51,901 bases of DNA from Chiloscyllium plagiosum (taxonomy: Eukaryota): assembly GCF_004010195.1 (NCBI RefSeq), contig NC_057749.1, positions 25,912,033-25,963,933 on the forward strand, given 5' to 3'. The notes beneath the pieces were generated by a model. The model saw only the letters and a program-made list of their open reading frames with translations, did not search any database and was not told the origin of the DNA. Shown here in pieces: positions 1-12,610 of this stretch (its first letter is position 1; each line of letters opens with the position of its first letter). Both the position numbers and the translations under genes were made by a program.

Positions 1-972
1 ACTATGACCATCTTCCTTTGTGTCAGGTATGACTCCCATCCTCTACTCTTAAGGTGCTGGGTTTGTAATCCTTCAGTGTTCCTCCACCCCCAGTTCAAAT
101 CTATGACTCTAACCAGTGTATTGTTTGCCCCTGTTACCCATTAAATTCAGTTTTGCCAGGGCTGCTTGATTCCACACTCAGTCAAATGCGACCTTGATGT
201 CAAGGGCTGTCACTCTCATCTCACCTCTGGAATTCAGCTCTTTTGTCCATGTTTGAACCAAGGCTGTAATGAGGTCTGGAGCTGAGTGGCCCTGAGGGAA
301 CCCAAACTAGGCATCACTGAGCAGGTGCCTGTTGGTGACCCCTTCCATCACTTCACTGATGATGGAGTAGAATGATTGGGCTGTAATTGGCCAGGTTGAG
401 CAGGACATACCTGGGCAGTTTTCCACATTGTTGGGTAAATGCCAGTGTTGTAACTGTACTGGAAGAGCTTGGCAAGGAGAGCGGCAAGTTCTGGAGCACA
501 TGTCTTCAGTACTATTGCCGGAATGTTCTCAGGGCCTATTGCCTTTGCAGTATGCAGAGTCTCCAGCTATTTCTGGATATCACATGGAGTGAATCAAATT
601 GACTGGAGACTGGTATCTGTGATGCTGGGGACCACTGCAGGAGCCTGAGATGGATCATCCACTTGGCACTTCTGACTAAAGATTGTTGTGAATGCGTCAG
701 CTTTATCTTTGTACTGATATGCTGGGCTCCTCCATCAGTGAGGATGGGGCTATTTGTGGAACCTCCTCCTCTAGTGAGTTGTTGAATTGTCCACCACCAT
801 TCACAACTGGATGTGGAAGGACTGCAGGGCTTAGATCTGATCCATTGGTCATGGGAGCTCTTAGCTCTGTCTATCACTTGCTGTTTATGCCATTTGGCAT
901 GCAAGTAGTCCTGTTTGGTAGCTTCACCAAGTGGACACCTCATTTTTCGGTATGCCTTGATGCTGCTCCTGC
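1..972 (-). mobile_element. CR1/L2-clade LINE ORF2 fragment (endonuclease-RT linker and RT N-terminus), frameshifted
   Basis: Minus-strand translation gives SIISEVMEG (cf. RT 'NYRPISLLSIISKVMEG') and LDIKVAFD (cf. 'LDIKAAFDRVWH'), with stops and frameshifts. Confidence 0.8.
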
Positions 973-1290
973 TGAATAGACTGTCCAGCAAACTGCACTT
1001 GTACAATAAATGTAAAGCTGTATTTGTGATGTATGTATGTGTGGCTTTCTCTTTAGTCTCTTAGTACCACAGGGCGGTCCATACAAATTAGCGACTGTGG
1101 ACATTCATGTTGCACTGCAAAACTGGTAGACTGAAAGCTCAGGCAACTCTGACCCAAGATTCAAAACTACACACGCATGCTTCACACAATAATTAGTTAG
1201 CTTTGTTGGTACATGCTTTTCAATAGTGTTTTTTGTGAAATCACTTTGAGAGTGCACGCTAACGTCCAAGTACCTAGACTGTAGAATTTG

Positions 1291-1602
1291 GGGCGGCATG
1301 GTGGCTCAGTAGTTAGCACTGTTGCCTCACAGCACCAGCGTCCTGGGTTTGATTCCAACCTCGGGTGACTGTCTGTGTGGAGTTTGCACATTCTCCCCGT
1401 ATCTGCATGGGTTTCCTTTGGGTGCTCTGGTTTCCTCCCAGAGTCCAAAGATGTGCAGGTCAGGTGAATTGGCCACGCTAAATTGTCAATTAGGTGCCTT
1501 AGTCAGAGGGAAAAGGGGTTTGGATGGGTTACTCTTCGGAAGGTCGGAGTGGACCTGTTGGGCCGAAGGGCCTGTTTCCACACTGTAGGGAATCTAATCT
1601 AA
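1291..1602 (+). mobile_element. HE1-type tRNA-derived SINE (V-SINE), full length
   Basis: A box tggctcagtagttag, B box ggtttgattcc, V-domain tgtgtggagtttgcacattctccccgt, LINE-like tail ccacactgtagggaatctaatct. Confidence 0.85.
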
Positions 1603-1784
1603 AACATGTATCTAGCAGTTAATGAAATTTGTAGTGTGAAGCAGTGTAGCTGCATTTTTCTGTAAGCTGAGCAATGCTGGAACAGATCTTCACATAGACA
1701 GGACCTACACCAATTTGCCAGACTTGGTTTGAGTTTGGTGAGGTTGTAAAATCCCAACACTGCTAGTTTTTAGTTCTTAGTGAT

Positions 1785-1885
1785 GCTGCAGTGGTTAGTG
1801 TTCTTATCTCGAGGCCAGAAGATTTACATTCAAGTCTCATCTGTCACGGAGCTGTGTTATAATATCTCCTAACAAGTTAATTTAA
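1785..1885 (+). mobile_element. Degenerate tRNA-derived SINE head
   Basis: gcagtggttagtg...ttcaagtc; related to the minus-strand copy near 16021-16112. Confidence 0.45.
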
Positions 1886-2278
1886 GAATAATTTTACTCA
1901 ACGAATACTTGGAGCGGACATTGCTTGTCTTATGAGGAAGGATTGCTCAGACTAGGCTTGTATCTGCTAGAACTGAGAAGCATAAGAAGCAGCTTAATTA
2001 AAACCTGTAAGAAATTGAGGGATCCTGACCAGGTGGGTGTGGCAAGGAAGTTGCCTTCTATAGGACAATCTACAACTAGTGGCTACTGATTTAACGTAAG
2101 GGTCGTCCATTTGAAGTAGAATTTTCTTTTCTCATGGAGGGTGGTGAGTCTTTAGAACTCAAGGTAGTGGAAGCAAAGTCTTTGAATCTTTTTAAAGCAC
2201 AGGAAGATGGATCTTTGATGAGCTAAGGGGTGGAAGGTTGTTACGGTAGGCAGGAACGTGGAATAATGAGATCAGCCA

Positions 2279-3441
2279 AAAGTGCGGTGCCAGCTAGGGA
2301 GGTAGCGTTTGGGTTCCTGAGCCCGTCCGATCCAGGTTGGCCGAATCTTTCTTTCTCTATCCATTTTGCCTTCTTTCTTTTTCTTTTCCTTCATCTTCCT
2401 GTCAGTGGCAGAGGAGGCTGGAGTGGGACTCGTGGCAATGGTGGCGGCTCCATTGGTGGCTCATGGTTGCAGTAGGCCCAGAGCGACCTAGCGATATTGG
2501 TGAGGTGCAGGCTGCACCTTTGGCTGCATGGTGGGCCCAGACCGGGGACTGCTAGTGGTGTCGCTGACGTGGAGGCTACAGCTTTGGCCATGTGCTAGGC
2601 CCAGAGCGGGAACTGCTAGTGGTGTCGCTGAGGTGGAGGCTGCAGCTTTGGCCAATGTGGTAGGCCCAGAGTGAGACTGCTACTGATGTTGGTGGAGGCT
2701 ACAGCTTTGACTGTGTGGTAGCCCAGATCGAGACTGCTAGAGATGTTGGCGAGGCTGCAGCTTTGGCTGCATGGTAGGCCCAGAGCAGGACTCCTAGCGA
2801 TGTTGGTAAGGCGAAGGCTTCAGCTTTGGCTGTATGGTAGGCCCAGAGCAGGGACTCCTAGCGATGTTGGTGAGGCGAAAGCTGCAGCTTTGGCTGCATG
2901 GTAGGCCCAGAGCAGGGACTCCTAGCGATGTTGGTGAGGCAAAGGCTTCAGCTTTGGCTGTGTGGTAGGCCCACAGCGGGGACTGCTAGCAATGTCAGTG
3001 AGGTGGATGCTGCAGTTTTGGCTGCGTGGTAGGCCCAGAGCAGGGACTGCTAGTGATGTTAGCGATGCTGCAGTTTTGGCTGTGTGGTAGGCCCAGAGCA
3101 GGGACTGCTAGCGATGTCGGCGAGGTAGTGGAACCAGAGACCTCTCGGCATTGGCTGGACCTGAATGGGGACCCACTGGGGTCTGGAGATTGGAATACCT
3201 TAGAGAAACCCTGGAGACTGTAAGAAAACTCGGAGTTGTGCTTTACAAGAAAGACTGTAAATTTGAATATTATTTCTTTTTTTTTCCCTTTATATTTTTC
3301 TGTCAATTGAACAGACATGAAAGTCTATTTAAATAATTTCTTTTTATTCATTTTGCAATCTAAAATGGCACCAGATTGTGTTGACAACACACTTTTGACT
3401 GTATTTTGCCAAATACATGTGCCAATAAAATCATTTCATTC
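2279..3441 (+). mobile_element. About 1.16-kb non-coding insertion with internal minisatellite and a LINE-type 3' tail
   Basis: Splits a CR1 3' UTR. Ends in cttttgactgta...tacatgtgccAATAAAatcatttcattc. Confidence 0.6.
2472..3125 (+). repeat. Minisatellite, 11 copies of a ~64-bp unit (56-65 bp)
   Basis: Unit gtaggcccagagcagggactcctagcgatgttggtgaggcgaaggctgcagctttggctgcatg starts at about 2472, 2531, 2595, 2660, 2718, 2774, 2837, 2901, 2965, 3029 and 3087. Confidence 0.9.
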
Positions 3442-3917
3442 GTGCTCTTACTGAATGGCAGACAAGACTTGAAGGGCTGAGTGACTTATTTCTACTCCTA
3501 ATTCCTATGGAGTATGAACTGCTCTTGCCATCAGAGGCAACTCTCTGAAGTAAATAGAGTTTCAATCTGTTTGTGAAGTTGTTACGTCATGACCTCCTTT
3601 TAAGTTATTATCACGTCCCCTGTTTGGTATGCTCTTGTTCCTCAGAAAATGTCACCTTGTCACACCTCATGGCACCGACTGCTTTCACAGTTTTAAAAGG
3701 TTGGATCACTTCTCTGGTTTTACAATGAAATCAAATGCCATTCCTTGCTTCAACACCTGTTCCCCCTCACTGAGCCCTTTGCACCACCATTACTGCTTTC
3801 AAAGAAATAGAAAGCAAGAGTTGAACAGGAGGATGTTGAAACTTTAAGATGTCAAAGCCTGATGAGCTTCTTACAAGAACCCACAGAAAGCAGTTAAGGC
3901 CAAAAATTGAACAGGGG

Positions 3918-4035
3918 AGTTAGATCCGGTTTGTCGGGCTAAATGGATCAAAGGTTATGGGGTGGAAGCAGCCTATGGATGATCAGCCATGATAATATTG
4001 AACGGCAGGGGTACCTCTCCTATTTTCTATGTTTC
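3918..4035 (+). mobile_element. CR1-like 3' tail fragment
   Basis: ggatcaaaggttatggg...gatcagccatgataatattgaacggc...ttttctatgtttc. Confidence 0.55.
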
Positions 4036-4171
4036 AGAAGTACAAAATGTTGACTTCTGATCATAATGTCGAGCAGCCAATATGTACAAAACAAAAAACC
4101 TTGAGCCTTGCAATTAAAATGATTAATGACTTAATTATTCGATTCCTCAGTTCTTGATAATAGTTGAACAT

Positions 4172-4445
4172 TATGATTTGATTTATTACTGTCACGAACC
4201 TGGGTACAGTGAAAAGTTTTGTTTTGCGTGCAGCACAGGCAGATCATACCGTACAAGGATCATAGGACGAGGATGAGAATGGAGTGAGGAATTCAAAGTT
4301 ATAGCCGTAAAGAAGATGCACAAAAAGGCAAGATACTTAGAATTGAGTTTTTTAAAAGTGTAGAATGATTGAAAGAAATGTGAAAATAAGATCTGCTATA
4401 GTGAGCTCACAAAGAGTCACCCTGTGTTGGCGCCATCTTGAATCC
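4172..4445 (-). mobile_element. SINE-like element with LINE-type tail
   Basis: Minus strand reads ttcaagatggcgccaa...aaaacttttcactgtacccaggttcgtgacagtaataaatcaaatc; tail resembles 3361-3441. Confidence 0.55.
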
Positions 4446-6370
4446 TATGGAAATGATACAAGGTTACGGAGTTGAGAAATTCGACCACATTGTGTTAGAA
4501 GCCAACATCTTTGATCCATGTTAATACCAAATGTCTAAAATTTGACATCCACGATTAGCCATGGTAACTGTTGGTATTGTTGTTTTTCAGATATTTGTGA
4601 TTTCTTTCATTTTTTTACATTGGAGGTTATTATGCAGGAGCTTGCCATCTTGGTTGTCTCTTCTGTAATGGTAAATAATAACCTGGAAGTGATTATTTGG
4701 AACAAAAATACAAGTGAAAAAGATCATTTTTTTTGTAATCTGTTCTGAAACCATTTGATCCATTGTGTTTGGGTTGCCTGTTTGCAAGAACAGGGCAGCT
4801 CTTTCTAATCTTCTACCTTTTACGTGCTATGTTAGATCATTCCAATTCATATTTACTCACAGAATGAGATTTACAAACTAATCACTTTCTTGATGAAAAT
4901 TGGTGAATTTTAATCAATGTCAGTTATGTCACCCTTGTCTACGAAAGGGGGAAACAGGTCAGAAGTCGCATTCTTGATGGCTATCACCAATCTTTCCCAG
5001 AAGAGCTACAAGTGTGAACATAGCTTGTGGATAAGGTTGATTGCAGTATTGATGCTCCCCAATGCCAACTATCCAACTACAATTCACTGCTCAGACACAT
5101 ATACAATAATTGATTGGATCAGCTTCCTCGAGATTGATAACACCTGTGGACCAGTCACCCAGGACAGGAGTGTGAATACAAGAAAACCATGAAATAGCTA
5201 ATTAAATCCAGGCGAGATTCCTGTGTGTCTCTATATTTCCCCAAGATTGATCTCAATGCAACTATTAACTATTGCATTAAACATTAATTCCATTGCATTT
5301 TCTCCACAATACTACCCATCGCACATTGGCCATTCATGACGCGGAGACACTTTCATTTGTGAATCTTTCGACGTTTATGTCTCTGAGGGCTGTAGAAGAC
5401 TCAGCCACTGACTATATTCAAGGCTGGGGATGATAGATTTTTGAACACTGATGAAATGAGATTAGAAATTATGTGAGGAAAGTGGACTTAAGGGAAAGAT
5501 CAGCTGTGATCCTTCAGAATGGCTGAGGGGGCTGATAATCTACTCTGCTTTTGCGGAGAACTTTTATGTGTTTTTTGCATTTGTATGTTTTCACAAGGTT
5601 GCACTTTCTGCTAAAACTTGTAAAGGATTGTAACAGACATTAATGCTTAAAGTTATTGTGCCTACATGTGTGTGAGGGAACTACCTTGAACAGACCAATG
5701 GGGAATCCCATTGAATAATTAGGGATATGTTCACAATAGACTTACGATTATGACATTGAATGATGAGCCCTGCAGTTGAAGATCAAGATCCAATTTTGGT
5801 TAATTGTAAAATTCAATAAACTTGTGCCTCTCGTTAGAAAATTGTCAGCAAAAGCTGTTGCATTGTCATGAAGAAAATGACTTCTCCAAACTCTCTGACC
5901 CACACACCAGTCCAGTTAGATGCTGAACGGAATATTCTTCCTATCCATAGATAGTCAACTCATCCTGAAAGAGGAACCTAATTTCCTTCACTCACAGTGA
6001 AAGTTGAAAAGCAGCCATTATTTATAATGTAAATCTATAAATTGTACAGTTTGGCTGACTAGAAATGTTTGCATATAAAATGGAAAAGAAAATCAACAGC
6101 AGATGTACTCCACAAATGACATTGAAGTAATGAGTGAAATAGAAAGAGATCTCAGGCTCTTAGTGAACTTTATGCATAACATGTCCAATGAACGGGCCAA
6201 TAAATTGTGAACTGAGTCGATTAGAAATGTTGATTTTTAAATTCCAGTCAAGCTGCACCATGACCCTGTTAGACCATGTTTCCAGTACAGTGTCCCCTTT
6301 CAGTCAACAAGAAATGCAAAGCATTCACTGAGGTTGGAGACTGACCCTTAACATCAGAGTATAATAGTGG

Positions 6371-6911
6371 AATAGTGCGTACAGTTCTGGTCACCACATT
6401 ACCAAAAGGATGTGGAAGCTTTGGAGAAGGTGCAGAGGAGGTTCACCAGGATGTGGTCTGGATGGAGGTCACGAGCTATGAAGAGAGGTTGAGTAAATTT
6501 GGATTATTTTCACTAGAAAGATGGATGTTGAGGGGGGACCTGATTGAGGTCTACAAAATCATGAGAGGTATAGACAGGGTGGATAGCAAGAAGCTTTTTC
6601 CTCTGAGTGGGGGACTCAATTACTAGGGGTCATGAGTTCAAAATTAGAGGGAAAAGTTTAAGGGAGATATGTGTGTAAAGTCTTTTATGCAGACCTTGGT
6701 GGGTGCCTGGAACGCATTGCCAGCGGAGGTGGTAGAGGCGGGCACGATAGCGCCATTTAAGACGTATTTAGACAGATTCATGAATGGACAGGGAGCAGAG
6801 GGATACAGATTGTTGGAAAATAGGCAACAGGTTTAGATAGAGGATCTGAATCAGTGAAGGCTTGGAGGGCCGAAGGGTTGCTGTGCTGTAATTTTCTTTG
6901 TTCTTTGTTCT
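6371..6911 (+). mobile_element. CR1/HER1-like LINE, ORF2 C-terminus plus 3' UTR
   Basis: SYEERLSKFGLFSLERWMLRGDLIEVYKIMRGIDRVD is the typical CR1 ORF2 end; (tctttgt)n tail. Confidence 0.85.
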
Positions 6912-7601
6912 TTGAATTTTGAGTAAAGTGTGGTAGAGATTTATAGCCTAGACAGAGGAAGTCTGAAACGGCATAGAATTGGTAAAGCAAGAAAATTATT
7001 TTAGTTTACGAAAGTATGTCATCTAACAGATTGAGTTTGTGATCACACTTCCTTCTGATGTGCATATTGGTTACCTTGCCTGCCAATGTTCTTGTTCTAG
7101 GCTGACACCCAAGGAACGCTAGCTTGGGTGAGGTGTTTGTAGACACATAAGATCCATAGCTTGTGTCTTTGACCTGAGCAGGGGAGAAGAAAAACATTAA
7201 AGAGTTATCATACAGAGACTGACAGCAAGGAGTCAAAGAACAGCAATGAAAGAAAAAAAATTAAAAGGATTAAAAGATCTAACTGTCAGAATTACTCCCA
7301 AGATAAATATTTATTTGTGTTAATGAACAGGTCATTCGTACAAAGTGTTAGATGAAATATTACGAGCACATTTATGTATGAAAAGCAGAATGCTAATGGT
7401 TATTTGAGATGTTTGAGTTTTTAGCACCTGAGTACAAGAAATGTCACCAAGTCAAATATTGATGCCTTGGGCTGAATTTCCAGATCAATTTGTTAACACT
7501 CACTTGTTGATATTTGCTGTCTCCCGTCTTGCAATAAGATCACAGCGCAACTGTGAAAGCACTTCAAAGAAGAGCACCTTGAAATGCCTTCATGGTTTGA
7601 A

Positions 7602-7756
7602 AGATGAGAAGTTCTGAAGAACGTTCACTGGAACTCGAAACGCTTACTCTGTTTTCTCTCCACAGGTGCTGCCAGACCTGCTAAGTTTCTCCAGCAATTT
7701 CTGTGTTTTTGTTTTTTTTTCAGATTTCCAACGTCTACAGTTCTTTGTTTTATTTT
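7602..7756 (+). mobile_element. Penelope-like short element (family C) with hammerhead-like core
   Basis: CTGAAGA (7614-7620)...GAAACG, then the family body ctctccacaggtgctgccagacctgct; possible TSD gtttgaa. Confidence 0.6.
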
Positions 7757-7799
7757 GTTTGAACGTACATAACCGTTTGTTTGGAAGGCTTATTTAATA

Positions 7800-7815
7800 G
7801 ACAGACAGACAGACA
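7800..7815 (+). repeat. (GACA)4 microsatellite
   Basis: gacagacagacagaca. Confidence 0.7.
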
Positions 7816-9060
7816 AACATGCAAAAGACTTATTTCAGCTCTGAGAGTCACACCAGACACTATTTTTCCACTGGTGTCATGACGATGATATCCCATCTGA
7901 TTTCACTGTCTTAATGAAACACTTACTCCCTGTAGACACCTTGCAGGGGTTATATAACCAATGGTATTCTGCCTCGTGTTAGAAGGTAACACAGTATTTA
8001 GTGCTAAGTTGTGTAAATGTAAGTGGACGCAGCTGCCACACTGTTAGCAATGACATGAAGACCAATTATTCCTCTTCATTCCTGTCACTCAAATTTGGAA
8101 TGAAACTAGGAATCTTGCCGATGGCTTCTATCACTATCGAATGAAGTCAAAAACTTGATGATATTGAAACAACAGAATGGCTTTGCCATGAATCAGTCTG
8201 ATAGTCACAATCCTACACAGTCAGAAAGCATTGAAGGAAATATTTTTGATAAAGTTGTAATGCAACTTAGGTTCTGATGTAAAACTATGGGGTGTATTTT
8301 TCAGTTTGCCTTCCAGAGGGTTGAACTGTGTCATGGAGTAGCCATAGAAATAGAGGCCACTCACTTTAGATTCCCATGAAAAACAAGCAGTTACTCAGAC
8401 AGATGGAGAGACGGTGGGGAAAGGAGAGTGGAGAAGGTGCTATGGTGATTACAATAAAGTCTTCCACCCAGACGTTTTGAAATGTAGCGCATTGAAATGT
8501 CACATGACTCAGTTTGGAACTCTTTTACTAGTGAGAAATTTTCTTGGAATCCTGTGAATTGATCATAATTCTGTTGATTTGGAAAAGATTTAGGCTTATT
8601 TCATTCATTTCAGTTAAATCCAGTCATGTCTATTGACACTGGCCTGGACTCCTGTCTTTAGGAAAAGTGATCACAGACTAAGACTAGTGTTGGCCAGAGT
8701 TTCAAAGGGTTAAGCTTTTAACTCCTAACCAGAGTTGGCATCCTAGAGCTGGTTACCATATTGAATGTTGCCACATTGGGTGTTGCATTAATTTCTTCCA
8801 TCTAATCGGGCAAGTGCTTTGTTTGGAGGAAGCAAAACTGACAATTTGTAACCTTGTGTGTGTTGTCAGGTTAACCACCGACAGACATTGGAAATTGTCA
8901 TTGAGAAGTTCTGGATTTGGATTGTAGAATCTAGTCACTTCTAGACACAAGCACGTCTGTGTTGAAGAGCCAGCAAAGAATGGAAGCTAGAAGAATGATG
9001 CAAATCACAACAACTTGTACAGCAATGAAATGTACCCAGACACATCACAGGAGTGCTTTG

Positions 9061-9600
9061 GAATCAGAGTCGTACTGCACGGAAACTGATCTTTTGATCC
9101 AACTCGTCCATGCGCTACAGATATAATAAATCTGCCAGAATTTGGCCCATATCCTTCTCAACCCTTCCTGTTCATATTCCATCTCGATGCCTCTTAAATG
9201 TTGTAATTGTACCAGCCTCCATCACTTTCCCTGGCTGCTCATTCCATGCACAAACCACCTTCTGTATAAAAAAATAAGTTGCCTCTTAGGTCCCTTTTAA
9301 ATCTTTATCCTCTCAATTTAAACTTATGCCCTCCAGGTTTGGACTCCCCTACTCTGGGGGGGGGGGGGGGGGGGGAGACCCTGACTATTCACCCTATCCA
9401 TGATTTTGTAAACCTCTATAAGGTCACCCCTCGGCCTCCAATGCTCCAGGGAGAATAGCCCAACCCCATTCAGCCTCTCACTATAGCTCAGACCCTCCAA
9501 CCCTGGCAACATCCTTGTGAATCTTTTCTGCACCCTTTCAAGTTTCACAATATCTTTGCTATTGTAGGAAGACCAGACTGCATGCAGTATTCCAGTGTTG
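9061..9600 (-). mobile_element. CR1-like LINE 3' end containing a 21-nt G homopolymer (9356-9376)
   Basis: Minus ORF KLERVQKRFTRMLPGLEGLSYSERLNGVGLFSLEHWRPRGDLIEVYKIM. Confidence 0.85.
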
Positions 9601-9905
9601 TAAAGAAAAATATAAGTCTCTATCACCCAAGGTAATACTGGAGAAGATGTCCAAAAGATTGGTCAAAAACATACTTTTTAAGGAGGGTCTTAAAAGAAGA
9701 AAATAATGGGAAGGGACGTAGAGAGGCTTAGGGAGGTCAGCTGAAGACATGGCCACCAGCAACAGAGTACCTAAATCCTTCCCGCAAGAGGCAGACGTTT
9801 CTGAGGGTTTTGGGACTGGTGGATGTTTCAAAAGTCAGGATGCCATGGAGGCAAGGTAGAGGAATTTGCTTGAGTGAGAGTCATTCTAGAAGGGTGACAG
9901 GATTA

Positions 9906-10036
9906 CAGATGAAGGGCTTTTGCCCAAAACGTCGATTTTCCTGCTCCTCGGATGCTGCCTGATCTCTGCTGTGTTTTCCCAGCACCACTTTAATCTTGAC
10001 TCCAATCTCCAGCATCTCCAGTATCTACTTTTGCCT
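9906..10036 (+). mobile_element. Penelope-like short element (family A), decayed hammerhead core
   Basis: cagatga-agggc-tttt-gccc-aaaacgtcg, then ctgctcctcggatgctgcctga. Confidence 0.7.
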
Positions 10037-10481
10037 TGGTGGGCTTGACTTGACTGGACAGGTCAAGCTTAAAGACAAGTCAGGGGCATTTAGACAACCT
10101 ACAGTTTATGGAGGCTAGAATGTAGGAGGTCAGCAACAGGTAGGTTTGAAGAATCAAGTCAAGCACAACAAATGGGTGAGGAAAGAAACAATTTTAAATT
10201 AACTTGCATTTCTGTATTTCCTCTTTTTTAAAACATTTAGTGGTAGGTTTTTGCCAAAGTTGCTATGTTTTCTTTTTCACTTCCTTTTTATTTTTGTTGC
10301 ACATCATCTCAGTCTGGTATTTGGCGAACAGCTTGTTTTTGCTGATCTCTTTGCTTATATTATTCTGTCTCCTTTTGTATCTGTTACATGACTGGGGAAT
10401 ACTATTGTAGAGTGGGGGCTGGTGATGGAAAAAACAAAGTTAGTGTCTTTGTATAACTGCCCCACAAACTGAATCTTTATC

Positions 10482-10662
10482 AATAAAAAACAAATGAATG
10501 GATGCTGTAAATCAGAAACAAAAACAGAAATTGCTGGAAAAGCTCAGCAGGTCTGGCACCATCTGTGGAGAGAAATGAGAGTTAGTGTTTCAGATTGTGT
10601 GACTGAAGAAGGGTCAGATTTCTCTCCACAGATGCTGACCTTTTGCAGCAATTTCTGTTTTT
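10482..10662. mobile_element. Penelope-like inverted dimer (family C), internally deleted
   Basis: aaaaacagaaattgctg...catctgtggagagaaat and its reverse complement atttctctccacagatg...cagcaatttctgttttt flank ctgaagaagggtca. Confidence 0.7.
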
Positions 10663-11290
10663 GAATCATTCTCAAGTTGATTTTGGGTTTGAGAAGCCTA
10701 TTTACATAGACTATTTCAAATTTGTTCTACTTGGTGTTCCAACTAGTTTCTAATTTTTCAGTGTCATCACATTTCTGGTAATTGCTGAATCACAGTGAAC
10801 CCTGCTTTTATCATATTCTACCTTTGTCTTTTATTGTGTTTTACTTTGACAACATGAGTTCGTTCATACCGCATGTAGATAAGGAGGGGCTAATCCACTT
10901 CCATCTTTGAACTTTTGACCCACATTGCAGAAGATGCATTTACGTTGTGGCTTGAGCTCAGTTCTCTGGGTGTGAAGTCTTCCGTAGCTGACAGTTTCAC
11001 TTCCACAAGACAGTCTATGGTTTAGATCAATCCCTAAGTTATAATCAACTTTTAGTGATAGGGCAAAGTGGAAAGAAAACACTTTGATGTGATGGTGAAG
11101 TTCTCATGTAGACGTGTCACTGTGTTTCCTTGGACATAAAGCAAAGTGTAACCCAAACCAAAATACCCCTTGTATCTCCTTAACACTTTGGCACCAGGGA
11201 ATATTTTCCATGGACTCATATTGTATTGTTTTGACCCCTCACTAAACTAAAACAAATCTCCATTCATTATCAGATATACTAGATATTCAT

Positions 11291-11575
11291 CAAAGGGAGA
11301 GAAATCGCTCCAACTTCTATACGTAATTTTCGGGTGAAGAGTAGGAGGCGTGGAGGGGATTTGAAGAAGGTTTCTTTTTCACCCAGAGTGCGGTGGAATC
11401 TGGAACCTACCGAGGAGAGTAGTTGAGGTGGGAAACCTCACAACTTTTAAAAGGTACATGGATGAGCATTTGAAATGCCATAACATTCAAGGGTATGGGC
11501 CAAGTGCTGGAAAGTGGGATTTATGTATATAGGTCAGTACAGACTCAATGGGCTGAAGGGCTGTAATACTCTACA
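11291..11575 (+). mobile_element. CR1-like LINE 3' fragment
   Basis: tttttcacccagagtgcggtggaatctggaac...gggtatgggccaagtgctggaaagtgggat. Confidence 0.65.
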
Positions 11576-12412
11576 ACTTATATGAGTGTGTATATGCTTC
11601 CCTGAAGAAATTGCCACAAATCAAACATGTATCCTGACTATAATTATTGTTGAATGTATTAAAGTTATGGTAAATGTATTTAGTAAAGCAAATTTCCATA
11701 ATTCTCCATATTCTTTGTGATAGCAACCATATCGCTCCACTAGCATTAATGGCCAATTTATATTGGCAAATTTTGCCTTGTCTCTCATGACAGCTTTTGA
11801 TAGGATTCAGACAGAATCTCCTTTTTGTTTCTTTGTAAACGAATGACTTATTTTCCAATCATTTCACTGGAGAGGAAGTGGATAAAGTGGTATTTTACCT
11901 GGCAGTGGTGAAAGTGTGTCTTTGGATCAGATTACGTTCAGTTGTTTTACTTAATTTATGTCAGGGCTAAAGTTATTAATAACCCTTTTGCAGTCAGCAC
12001 TTAGCCAATGATCAATGTGGAAGTGACACGTGTATGATTGGCATGGGTCAGGTACAGTTTTCAGAATCCTTCCAACAAACTTTTCATTTGTAGATTCCTC
12101 ACCCACTCTGGAAACATGCATAAACACCTCTGTTCTTAGTTGGTAGAATTCATTACAGATACAATGAAACCCACACTTTCCCAACTCCTGCCACTGCTGA
12201 TGGCACCAATACTTTTGCCAAAGTCCATCACAAACCTACAAGTTTACCTTCTTCATTATAGTGTCCCAGTTGGGCTGTAAGTACAAGTAGCTTGCTTTGT
12301 TCAGAAGATCTCATGGTATGCTGCTTTTAAGTGCTGTTCATCATGTTAAAATGTTCAGATGCTCAACATTTCTTTGAATTGGGCAAGAATAAATTGCACA
12401 GGATTGTTAACA

Positions 12413-12610
12413 TGGAGAAAGTGAGGACTGCAGATGCTGGAGATCAGAGTCGAGCGTGTGGTGCTGAAAAGCACAGCTGATCAGGCAGCATCCAAGGAGC
12501 AGGAGAATCGACATTTCAGGCATAAGATCCTGATGAAGAGCTTATGCTCAAAATGTCAACTCTCCTGCTCCTTGGATGCTGCCTGACCGGTTGTGCTTTT
12601 CCAGCACGAC
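12413..12610. mobile_element. Penelope-like inverted dimer (family A) with hammerhead-like core at 12530-12557
   Basis: Arms caggcagcatccaaggagcaggaga and tctcctgctccttggatgctgcctg; CTGATGA-a-gagc-ttat-gctc-AAAA; imperfect TSD acaggattgttaaca / acaggggtgttagca. Confidence 0.75.

Larger units (their letters stand above)
1921..3508 (+). mobile_element. CR1-like LINE 3' end (1921-2278 and 3442-3508) interrupted by a nested insertion
   Basis: tcttatgaggaaggattg...atgagatcagcca resumes at gtgctcttactgaatggca...cctaattcctatg; compare the uninterrupted tail near 20161-20250. Confidence 0.7.

Noticed and set aside
307..1006. ORFs of 64-156 aa as host genes
   Set aside because: They are pieces of a frameshifted LINE ORF2.
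1291..1375. tRNA gene
   Set aside because: The A and B boxes belong to a SINE head that continues into the V-domain and LINE tail. The same applies to the SINE copies at 16021, 31207, 34810 and 48665.
2472..3125. Possible CRISPR-like repeat array
   Set aside because: Whole units are homologous with no unique spacers, no cas genes are present, and the context is vertebrate. It is a minisatellite.
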